Assembly (NCBI GenBank): GCA_035529595.1
Contig: DATKWK010000023.1
Coordinates: 206,961 to 270,960 of the forward strand
DNA length: 64,000 bases
Direction of reading: 5' to 3'
From: Candidatus Bathyarchaeia archaeon
Lineage (GTDB): Bacteria; Patescibacteriota; Microgenomatia; PFEM01; JAFGMK01
Shown here: in pieces, positions 47,989 through 56,376 of the stretch
Layout: each line of letters starts with the position of its first letter
How positions within the stretch are numbered: position 1 is the stretch's first letter
The notes under the pieces: model-generated
What the model was told of the DNA's origin: nothing
The model's database searches: none
The model's input: only the letters and a program-made list of their open reading frames with translations
Translations under genes and position numbers: made by a program

Positions 47989-48055
47989 TTCGCGTCTGCC
48001 TGCCCGCAATCGCTACGCTCAAGCGTTGCAGGCGGGCCGATTCCGCCACCCCGGC
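47746..48055 (-). mobile_element. Putative tRNA-5'-end GIY-YIG element at tRNA-Leu
   Basis: Duplicated tRNA-Leu 5' end (48055-48037), hairpin insert, resumed tRNA sequence CAGACGCG (47998-47991), GIY-YIG ORF, then intact tRNA. Confidence 0.7.
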
Positions 48056-48103
48056 TTCCGAAAACGTATTTACTTCAGTTTGATTAATTATAGCAAAGGA
48101 AAG

Positions 48104-48652
48104 TTATAAACTTAAGATAGGGTCGGCTGGAGATGACTTGATCTCGTGTACAAAATAGTTGACTTTTTGCGGCCAAGTCAGTGATTCTGCGTATATGCGG
48201 CCGATCTTGGGAATTGTATCGGCGCCTTTGGCGATATAATTTCTTTTCAATGACCGGGTAATATGTTCGATTGATTGTTCCCAGGAAGAAAAATAATATC
48301 TGCCGCTGGCCCAGCCGTAAGCATTGTAGGTTCCCCGAATATAAAAATGACCAAAGCTTGATTCAACTCCGGTGATTGCCGGTAACAGGAAGTCGAGATC
48401 AAGTTGGCTTAATCCATATTTATCGGCAATCCGGATAAAAATAGGCGCATACTCGGCAAGAGGAGAGTGATGTTTTTCCAAGTAGTATTTTAATTTACTA
48501 ATTCTCAGATCTGACTTTTTTACGACTTGCCGGTTTTTGGGAAACGCTGACGCTCCGGCGATAAGAATTTCATCAGCATAAACGGTTTTAGTATCAGTCT
48601 TTAAAAGTAAGCCGATTAAAATAAAGGATAAAAGACAAATCTTTTTTGCCAT
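48104..48652 (-). CDS. Secreted lysozyme-like/glucosaminidase-like protein
   Basis: YL....SPL...F...AD.Y.L...LPAITGVESSFG...NAYGW...F.SW...I. Confidence 0.7.
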   Translation of the reverse strand: MAKKICLLSFILIGLLLKTDTKTVYADEILIAGASAFPKNRQVVKKSDLRISKLKYYLEKHHSPLAEYAPIFIRIADKYGLSQLDLDFLLPAITGVESSFGHFYIRGTYNAYGWASGRYYFSSWEQSIEHITRSLKRNYIAKGADTIPKIGRIYAESLTWPQKVNYFVHEIKSSPADPILSL

Positions 48653-48836
48653 AAATAAAAATTAGCCGCTAAATAGCAGCTAATTTTTTATTGTATAAAA
48701 AAATCCTAAAGTAAACCGATTAAGCGTACTTTAGGATCTAGAATTATACTAGCACAGAAAATTAAAAATGTCAAGTATTATTGGGAAAATTTGCTTCTAT
48801 GGACTGTTCTTTAAGAGAGTTGCCGCAGACATTTTG

Positions 48837-49457
48837 TTATTCGACATCACCAAGACGGAGATCTTCCAGAAATTGATTAACTCCCGAAGCCCAAGAACCG
48901 GAAGAGAGAGGAGTATATTTTGCCATAATTTCCTCCGGTGTGTCCAGTCCTTTTTCAACGTATTTTTTCTTGATGCCTCGAGCAACTTTTTCGATGCCTT
49001 CTTCCCAGCTTTCAAAACACAAAGTACCACGGCTATGAATACCATAACCCCAAGCATTATTACAGTCAGGAGGCATTTTCTTACCTAAATTTGATTCCTG
49101 CTGGGCAATGGCGACTAAAAGCCGCCAGTCTAAACCTAATTCATCCGAAACATCAACAATTTTCTTGGCAATTTGTCCGTAAGGTTTCATAGTCGAACCG
49201 TATTTTTTCAAGTATTTTTCGATGATTACCGGTCGGGCATCACCAGTTTCTAGGGAAACAAGGATTTCACCGATTGTTTCAGGGAGTGCGGCATAGACCT
49301 GCGCCGGAACTTTTTTTTCGGATAATTCTTGAAATTGGGCATTTACCAACTGAGGTAAATTTTTAACAAGTGTAGTACGCCGCAAACCGAAGAAACAAAC
49401 ACTTAAATCAACCGTTATTAGGAGAAAGAAGATAAATAAGTAAATCAGTCTTTTCAT
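48837..49457 (-). CDS. Membrane-anchored lysozyme-like/glucosaminidase-like protein (paralog)
   Basis: LDWRLLVAIAQQESNLG...NAWGYG...FESWEEGI...Y. Confidence 0.7.
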   Translation of the reverse strand: MKRLIYLFIFFLLITVDLSVCFFGLRRTTLVKNLPQLVNAQFQELSEKKVPAQVYAALPETIGEILVSLETGDARPVIIEKYLKKYGSTMKPYGQIAKKIVDVSDELGLDWRLLVAIAQQESNLGKKMPPDCNNAWGYGIHSRGTLCFESWEEGIEKVARGIKKKYVEKGLDTPEEIMAKYTPLSSGSWASGVNQFLEDLRLGDVE

Positions 49458-49615
49458 GGGCAGAAACCCTTGAAGAACATATAACCTACCCTGAATATAG
49501 ATACTGGCACAATTTGTTGCGGTTTGTCAAGATGTTTTTTATAAAATTTGATATTTTTCAGTGTTTTAAAAGTAACTTATTTATATTATATTCTTTAACA
49601 GAAGGGAGGTGATAA

Positions 49616-50143
49616 TTGATGAAAAAATCTATACCGTTTATCATAATAATTGTTTTTTTAGGATTTGGCCTGCTGATAGGTAGAAATTTTATCGCTAACA
49701 AGAAACCGAAAGTCACCACGGATATAGCTTCAAAAAGTCAGCCAAGTGAGAATAAAGAGGAATCTTACCCGGGTAAATTGAAAGACATTTTATCCTTAGG
49801 GAAATCAGTGAAATGTACCTGGAAAACGAGCGAGAATAATCAGGGGACAGCTTTTGTCAGGGATAATAAGATCTTTACAGAGGCTCGTCTAGGAGAAAAA
49901 AAAGTATATTCCTTATTACTTGAAGATTGTGTTTATTCTTGGGAGGAAGGCCAAGCCAGCGGAGTGAAATTTTGTAGTGATACAAAACAGAATAATAACC
50001 AAGATATCGTTCCGGATACTTTTTCCTGGGAAGATTCTAATACATCTTATCAGTGCGATTCGGAAATAGTTCCTGAGACAAAATTTAATCCGCCTGAAAA
50101 CATAAATTTCATTAGCCCCCAGGATTTGCTTAAGGGAAATTAA
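49616..50143 (+). CDS. Membrane-anchored hypothetical protein
   Basis: GGGAGG RBS, N-terminal TM helix, S.KCT...YSW...Y.C...F.PP..I.F pattern. Confidence 0.65.
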   Translation: MMKKSIPFIIIIVFLGFGLLIGRNFIANKKPKVTTDIASKSQPSENKEESYPGKLKDILSLGKSVKCTWKTSENNQGTAFVRDNKIFTEARLGEKKVYSLLLEDCVYSWEEGQASGVKFCSDTKQNNNQDIVPDTFSWEDSNTSYQCDSEIVPETKFNPPENINFISPQDLLKGN

Positions 50144-50356
50144 AGATTTAGGTTGAATTATTATCCGTCTTCTTTATCTATTGAAGAAATTAAAGCTTTG
50201 AAAAGAAAAACAAAGCAGAGTTAATTCTTGACGGAGATTCATTTATTCTGGCTTTTGATTATAGAATCAGGTTAAATAATTTAACTATCTCGAATTTTGA
50301 GTTTTTACGGAGCGTCAGAAACTAAAAAAGGCTTGAGGAGCTGGTTATTAACCGAT

Positions 50357-51253
50357 TTAGGAATCTTGGATTCGACTTAAGTTAGTCAGAATTTTCCTAT
50401 ATATCAGCCTGTCGGGAAAATTATCATCATCAGTGAGGTGATAATCAATCGCTCTCTGGATTACAGAGAGAGGTACGGAGAAAAAACGGCCATTTTGACA
50501 AAAAGAATATTGATTAACGCCGATTTTTTTTAACATACCGGTAAAATCAATCATCTGGCCAATTCTATATGAGGCTTTTCCAATCTGATACTGAGGATGC
50601 TCTTCCAGCTTGTAAAAAGAGACATTTTTCCCCGGGAGACGGGAACCGAAAACCATCGTGGCTGCCAAAATACCAAAAGCTTCAACAGAAAAACCGCTAT
50701 CAGTTTGAAGATTTTTAATTAAAATATCGCCTTGTCTTTTTTCAGGCGTTTTCTGCCAACGTCGATATTTTTTCCCCAAACAATGTCTTTGCGACTTGCC
50801 GATTATCAAGTCTCCGTGATGATCAACGGAAAATCCGATTTGAAGTATTCTTGCCGGTTCAGGCAGATACCAACCGATTTCCAGGCATAAAAGTCCTTCG
50901 TCTCCAATCAAGTAAGACGGCTCGGAGTTAATCCGGGTCCAAACAGGCAGGCAGGGACCCGTTCTTGTCCGACTTGCCAGGGTAGCGGTGTTAATAACTG
51001 TTTGAAACTCGTCGATACCACAGCTTTCGAATGGTGAATCCCAGTATAGAGTTCTGCCTAAGGCTTTTCTGGCTTTTCTTGCGAGTGAAAGTAGCTGGCG
51101 CAAATCTTCCTGAGAATAAGGATAACAAGATAAAATATCCCTGTCGTTGTAACTAAATTGTTGCTCTATAGCTGACAGAAAAGACTCATCGTCAGGGTAA
51201 ATTTGATCAGGAACAAAATGGCTACCAGAACGTAATTCAACTGAAGTCATCAT
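50357..51253 (-). CDS. Hypothetical protein
   Basis: 298-aa ORF with AGGAG RBS; no recognised motif. Confidence 0.6.
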   Translation of the reverse strand: MMTSVELRSGSHFVPDQIYPDDESFLSAIEQQFSYNDRDILSCYPYSQEDLRQLLSLARKARKALGRTLYWDSPFESCGIDEFQTVINTATLASRTRTGPCLPVWTRINSEPSYLIGDEGLLCLEIGWYLPEPARILQIGFSVDHHGDLIIGKSQRHCLGKKYRRWQKTPEKRQGDILIKNLQTDSGFSVEAFGILAATMVFGSRLPGKNVSFYKLEEHPQYQIGKASYRIGQMIDFTGMLKKIGVNQYSFCQNGRFFSVPLSVIQRAIDYHLTDDDNFPDRLIYRKILTNLSRIQDS

Positions 51254-51519
51254 CTCCTAAAATAGCAAAAATATAGCTAAATGTCAAACATTATAGGACT
51301 CATTCGTAAATAGTTACGCAGTAATTGAAAATATCAAATCTTTGCTTTAAGTAAATCCTTTATATCGAAGATAAGAAAATGATTTCAGGAGAATGATATA
51401 AGTAATCCATATTTATCTCGTTAGCTTTCAATCATGATTTGATTTACTTGAACTTTAACAATATATGTATGAGATTAACTTTTTTAGGATTAATTTATCA
51501 GAAGAACTCGGAATTACAA

Positions 51520-51594
51520 TGGTGAGCCCGGGAGGACTCGAACCTCCGACCAATTGCTTAAGAGGCAACTGCTCTGCCACTGAGCTACGGGCCC
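51520..51594 (-). tRNA. tRNA-Lys(CTT)
   Basis: GTTGC-CT-CTT-AA-GCAAT anticodon arm; CCA encoded. Confidence 0.95.
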
Positions 51595-51600
51595 TCTTAG

Positions 51601-51673
51601 TGCGCCCAGAGGGAGTCGAACCCCCAACCTACTGTTCCGAAGACAGCCGCTCTATCCATTGAGCTATGGGCGC
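51601..51673 (-). tRNA. tRNA-Arg(TCG)
   Basis: GCGCCCA acceptor; GCTGT-CT-TCG-GA-ACAGT anticodon arm. Confidence 0.95.
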
Positions 51674-51748
51674 TTGATAGTCGATGAAATTATAGCATGG
51701 TTGGTTGACTTTGTTCCAGAAAAGCTGATACTGCCTTGAGCGGGCGGA

Positions 51749-54286
51749 TTAACTCTCCGTTTTGAAGCTTCGGTAATAAAGTAATTTCGTAATTTCGGTA
51801 ACGACAAAATAAACCGCCACGACAGCAAAAATTGAGAGCAGGTGACCGGTACGGAGTCTGACAAAATGGAAGATTTCTTGACCGAAAGCTGTAAAAGGCA
51901 AGGATACGGCGATCACAACACTGATGACGGTAATTAGCGTCAGTGCAAAAGAAGCCGGCTTTGCCCGCCAGAAGGCAAGTTTCGTTCGAATCGAATAGAT
52001 AAATACCAGTTCGGTTAACACACTGCCGACAAACCAACCGGTCTGGAAAATAGTCGTTGATATCCGGTACAACAAACTGAAAAGCAGGAAATCAAATACC
52101 GTACTTACCAGGCCTAAAATCGTAGTTATCAGAGCGATTTCTTTAATATAATAGCGAGTCGGTTTTTTCAATTCTTCAGGATCGGCATTATCAGTGGCGA
52201 TAGCGATCATCGGAAAATCGGACAAGAAGTTCAAGAGTAAAATCTGTAACGGCAACATCGGTAAAGTTTTGATTAAGAGGGAAACGACAGCCATGGCGTA
52301 AAAATTACCAAAATTGGAGGCGAGGGTAGCTTTAATATATTTGGTAGTATTGGTAAAAATAGATCTGCCCTCTTGGATACCGTCAATAATTACTTTCAGG
52401 CTTTTTTTAAGCAGTAAAATATCGGCGGCTTCCCGGGAAACATCAACGGCATCATTAACTACCAAAGCGACATTGGCAATCTTTAAGGCCGGTGCGTCAT
52501 TAATCCCCTCACCCAGAAAGCCCACAATATACTTTCTTTGAAGGCGATTAATAATGTCATATTTTTGTTCGGGTGTAACGCGGGAAAAAACCTGGTATTC
52601 TTCGATGATCTCATTCTTTTTCTCGTCGGTAAGTTTTTGATATTCCTCACCGCTGATGACCTCTGCGACCGATTTTACTAAGCCGATCTGCCGGGCAATT
52701 GATCCGGCAACTTCCCTCCGGTCGCCGGTTAAGATTTTGACCTGAATTCCTAATAATTTTGCCTGCTTGACCGCCGCTAAAGTACTTTTCTTAAGCGGAT
52801 CGACAAAAGAAATCAGTCCCAAAAGTGTTAAATCCTTTTCCAGTAGCTCGATTTTGGTATTTTTCAGACTTCGGATTGTTCTTTTGGCAATTGCCAGCAC
52901 CCGGAGGCTCCGGGTGCCTTCATCGATCAGCCATTTATATAAATCGTTCTTTCGTTTAACGGTTAATCCCGGACAGAGCCCAATTATCGTTTCCGGAGCG
53001 CCCCGAACGATTAATTCTCTTTGGTTACCTTTCTTGATCAGGATGCTGTCACGTCGGCGTTTGGCATTGAAGATAATCTCCTTGAGTTTCTTATACTCTT
53101 TATATTGCTCTTGTTCTTCCGGAGATATTTTTTTCCACAAGGCCCGGTCAAAGGTATTCGTCGGAGCTTTCAGTTTTTGGCAGAACTTGGTGGCGGCTAA
53201 ACCGGCGTAAAAAAATAAGTTTTTTTTATCTTGCGTGTAAAAATTGGCCACTTCCATTCGGTTTTCAGTAATCGTGCCGGTTTTGTCGGTGCAAAGGATT
53301 TCGATACTGCCCAGATCCTCAATTGCGGAAAGGCGTTTAACAGCCACTTTATTCCGGGCAAGTCTTAATGCTCCCCGAGATAACGAAAAAGTGATCACTA
53401 CCGGCAATGCTTCAGGAATCACACTGACGGCCAAAGCAATGGAAAATATCACCAGTTGAGGGAAATTGACTGCGCTTCCCTTAATAACGATATTGGCTAA
53501 AAAAACAAACGACAGAGTAACCAGAATTAAGCGAAGGATAAATTTGCTGAAAACGGCAATTTCCTTTTCAAAAGCGCTGATGCGGATCGTCTCACCGGTA
53601 AGACGGCTGATTTTCCCTAAGACGCTCCATTTTCCGGTAGCAATCACCAAGCCGAGAGCCCGGCCGCCATCAACCGTGGTATTGGAAAAACCTAAATTTA
53701 AAGCCTCAAAAGGCTGTTTGGCTATCTTTTCCAGCGGTTGGCTTGTTTTTACAACCGGTGTTGACTCGCCGGTTAAAGTCGATTCATCAACCAGCAGATC
53801 ATCTGCCTTGAGGAAACGAACATCCGCAGTAATGGCATCACCGGCCGTCAGCGGAACCAAATCACCGGGAACCAGGTTATTGGTAGGGACGGCCTGGATC
53901 AATCCTTCACGAAGCACTTTAACTTGGGGAACGATGTACTGTTTAAGTAATTGGAGAGTTTTTTCTGAGTGATATTCCTGAATAAAACCCAGGAAGGTAT
54001 TGATGAAAACAAACATCAAAATCATGAGGCCGTCCAAATATTGGCCCAGTAATAAAGCCAGGATGGCGGCGAAAACAAGCAGAGAGATAAAAGGAGATTT
54101 AACTTGACGCCAAAGAATATGGGTCCAAACAACTACTGACGAGGCGATTTCATTGGGACCGTATTTTTTTTGACGGGCTTGGGCTTCAGTCGAAGACAGG
54201 CCGTTTTCTTCTGAAACTTGAAGTTTCTTTAAAAGTTGCTCCTTGGTTTTAATCGTAGATTCGTAAAGATCAATCATTTTAGTCAT
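51749..54286 (-). CDS. P-type cation-transporting ATPase (MgtA-like)
   Basis: LTGES, PEALP, DKTGT, TGD, GEGINDAPAL, ASNFGN. Confidence 0.9.
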   Translation of the reverse strand: MTKMIDLYESTIKTKEQLLKKLQVSEENGLSSTEAQARQKKYGPNEIASSVVVWTHILWRQVKSPFISLLVFAAILALLLGQYLDGLMILMFVFINTFLGFIQEYHSEKTLQLLKQYIVPQVKVLREGLIQAVPTNNLVPGDLVPLTAGDAITADVRFLKADDLLVDESTLTGESTPVVKTSQPLEKIAKQPFEALNLGFSNTTVDGGRALGLVIATGKWSVLGKISRLTGETIRISAFEKEIAVFSKFILRLILVTLSFVFLANIVIKGSAVNFPQLVIFSIALAVSVIPEALPVVITFSLSRGALRLARNKVAVKRLSAIEDLGSIEILCTDKTGTITENRMEVANFYTQDKKNLFFYAGLAATKFCQKLKAPTNTFDRALWKKISPEEQEQYKEYKKLKEIIFNAKRRRDSILIKKGNQRELIVRGAPETIIGLCPGLTVKRKNDLYKWLIDEGTRSLRVLAIAKRTIRSLKNTKIELLEKDLTLLGLISFVDPLKKSTLAAVKQAKLLGIQVKILTGDRREVAGSIARQIGLVKSVAEVISGEEYQKLTDEKKNEIIEEYQVFSRVTPEQKYDIINRLQRKYIVGFLGEGINDAPALKIANVALVVNDAVDVSREAADILLLKKSLKVIIDGIQEGRSIFTNTTKYIKATLASNFGNFYAMAVVSLLIKTLPMLPLQILLLNFLSDFPMIAIATDNADPEELKKPTRYYIKEIALITTILGLVSTVFDFLLFSLLYRISTTIFQTGWFVGSVLTELVFIYSIRTKLAFWRAKPASFALTLITVISVVIAVSLPFTAFGQEIFHFVRLRTGHLLSIFAVVAVYFVVTEITKLLYYRSFKTES

Positions 54287-54438
54287 ATTTTATGACCGCG
54301 GATTAAAAATTCTATCTTTTAGCCATTTATATAAGATTTTAACATATATAGTTACCTGTTCAATGCCTGTCTTTTAGCAGCTACAAAACTAAAATTAGCT
54401 AAATAATTATTTTTTAATGTGTGATTAATAAGTATAAA

Positions 54439-55647
54439 TTAGTTTGACCTGGCATGAGTTAATTTTTCAATCATAGTAAGAGACTTTTTCCGGTAAGAAA
54501 AGCCGAAGAGAATCATCAGCATAATAAAAAAAATATTAACCAAAAATACCGTGCGGAGAGAAGCTAAATCAGCGATCAAACCGAAAAAAACTGGCGAAAA
54601 GGCGTCGGCAATCGCATCAGTAGTTTCACTAAGTCCGAAAATAATATTATATGAAGTAGATGATACAGATTCTCCGAGCATAGTCTTAATTACCGGTGAA
54701 GTACCTTTAGAAAATATCCCTAAAAGGAAAGAAATAATATATAAGATTAAAGATATTTTGCTGAAACCAATAAGAAACGAAAAAATAATCATTCCGATTT
54801 CAGCGGTTAATAAAGAAGAGAAACTGCCTCTTTTATCAGCCAGGATCCCCAGTAAATTTTTTCCAAGCAGACTGCCGGCAAAATAAGCAGATAAGGCGAT
54901 ACCAATTGCTTCTTGTTTTCCCGTGATCGAGAGGGCTAAGAAGGGTAAGAAAATATTAATCGGCTCTTGAGTGAAGCAATCAAGTGCACTTAAGATTACG
55001 GCATAGACAAAAGCCGCTTTTCTTTTAATTAAGGCAAGGTTAACTTTTCTGATAAAATCTCTCATTGATTCTACTTTAGTTTCAATAAAGGAAGCTTTTT
55101 TCTTGGATCCGGCGCCATAACTGGTAAACAAGGCTAAGATTCCCAGTCCCCCCAGAATGCAGGTAGTCGGTTGCCAGCCAATTTTGGTCAACAAAAAAGT
55201 TGCCAGAGCCGGAATTACAATTTTGCCTAAATCTCCAGCAGAAGTCATTAACCCTAAGTTTTTCCCGAGTTGATTACGGGGTGAACTTTTGGCTACAAAA
55301 GCTGATCCAATCGGATGGAAGGCGGAAAACCCGACACCTGCCAGAGAATAAATAATTATGGCGATCGGGTACCAAAGTGATGTTCGTAAAGCAAGAATCG
55401 CAATAGAATAACAGATTAAGCCCGCCCGAAGCACAATTAAGTCACCTTTTTTTCGGGCTACCATCGAAGCAGGCAAAGTAGTCAAGGCTTGAATACCAAC
55501 TAAACAACTGCCTAAAAATCCGGCCTGGGTGTAAGTTAAATTTAAAGTTTTAGCAAGATACGGGATTAGAGCAATGATGGCAATTCGAAAGCCGTCATTT
55601 AAGACATGAAAAAAACTGATAATGAAAATTGGGGAATGAAGGAACAT
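54439..55647 (-). CDS. MFS transporter
   Basis: About 12 TM helices, H..ND, FHP, G.LAD..G motifs. Confidence 0.88.
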   Translation of the reverse strand: MFLHSPIFIISFFHVLNDGFRIAIIALIPYLAKTLNLTYTQAGFLGSCLVGIQALTTLPASMVARKKGDLIVLRAGLICYSIAILALRTSLWYPIAIIIYSLAGVGFSAFHPIGSAFVAKSSPRNQLGKNLGLMTSAGDLGKIVIPALATFLLTKIGWQPTTCILGGLGILALFTSYGAGSKKKASFIETKVESMRDFIRKVNLALIKRKAAFVYAVILSALDCFTQEPINIFLPFLALSITGKQEAIGIALSAYFAGSLLGKNLLGILADKRGSFSSLLTAEIGMIIFSFLIGFSKISLILYIISFLLGIFSKGTSPVIKTMLGESVSSTSYNIIFGLSETTDAIADAFSPVFFGLIADLASLRTVFLVNIFFIMLMILFGFSYRKKSLTMIEKLTHARSN

Positions 55648-55670
55648 TTTTAGCTAAAATTAATCTTGAT

Positions 55671-55868
55671 TTATTGCTCTTCCTCTTGGCTCTTTTGCTC
55701 CTCCAGTTTGGCTTCCTCAAGCAGGGCGTAATAAGCGTCCCAGAGTTCCTTGGCCACCCGGTGATAGCCCTTCCTCTCGGCTTGATTGGCTTGCCATTTT
55801 ATATCTTCGGCCAGTTTACGGTCGTAATAGGCATCGGTTGCCGGATCATCATAATTTGCCATCTTCAC
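55671..55868 (-). CDS. Small acidic hypothetical protein
   Basis: AGGAGGTG RBS before MANYDD (internal ATG at about 55862). Confidence 0.55.
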   Translation of the reverse strand: MKMANYDDPATDAYYDRKLAEDIKWQANQAERKGYHRVAKELWDAYYALLEEAKLEEQKSQEEEQ

Positions 55869-55950
55869 CTCCTCTAAAGCTCATTTTATCAGAAATTTAG
55901 ACGTTTGGGGATATCTCCGAAGCTACAGCTTATAAAAGCATAAATTCTCT

Positions 55951-56111
55951 TGGGGTGAGCGACGGGAATCGAACCCGCAACATCTCCGGTAGGGAGGGGT
56001 GAGTGAGGGGAATCGCACCCCCGACCTCCTGTTCCACAGACAGGCGCTCTAACTACTGAGCTACACCCACCCCACCTCATCGGAGTGTTCTACCATTAAA
56101 CTACGCTCACC
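55951..56111 (-). tRNA. Interrupted His-type tRNA (outer), anticodon loop replaced by an insert containing a second tRNA
   Basis: G-1, GTGAGCG/CGCTCAC acceptor, C73 and CCA; canonical D-arm and T-arm; CTCCG/CGGAG anticodon stem enclosing 92 nt. Confidence 0.75.
55998..56071 (-). tRNA. tRNA-His(GTG) (inner, nested)
   Basis: G-1, GTGGGTG/CACTCAC, C73; CCTGT-CT-GTG-GA-ACAGG anticodon arm; T-loop TGCGATT. Confidence 0.88.
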
Positions 56112-56144
56112 AAATCTTGGATTTGTAAATTGTTAAGCAATTAG

Positions 56145-56217
56145 TGCGCCCAGGAGGAATCGAACCTCCAGTCTACTGCTTAGAAGGCAGTTGCTTTGTC
56201 CGTTAAGCTATGGGCGC
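56145..56217 (-). tRNA. tRNA-Arg(TCT)
   Basis: ACTGC-CT-TCT-AA-GCAGT anticodon arm. Confidence 0.95.
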
Positions 56218-56222
56218 AACTT

Positions 56223-56296
56223 TGGAGCGGGATACGGGAGTTGAACCCGTCTTTCCACCTTGGAAGGGTAGCGTTGGGCCGCTCAACTAATCCCGC
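56223..56296 (-). tRNA. tRNA-Gly(TCC)
   Basis: GCGGGAT acceptor, CTACC-CT-TCC-AA-GGTGG anticodon arm, U73 and CCA. Confidence 0.93.
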
Positions 56297-56376
56297 ACTA
56301 TAGACATTAAAAATATTATTGTCTGGTTAATTTTACAAAAAACGAAGCGTAAAAACAATTGGCACGGCTACGTGGC

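Noticed and set aside
55989-56080. Insert in the outer His-type tRNA as a group I or bulge-helix-bulge intron
   Set aside because: Too short for a group I core, no convincing bulge-helix-bulge, and the insert folds as a full tRNA.
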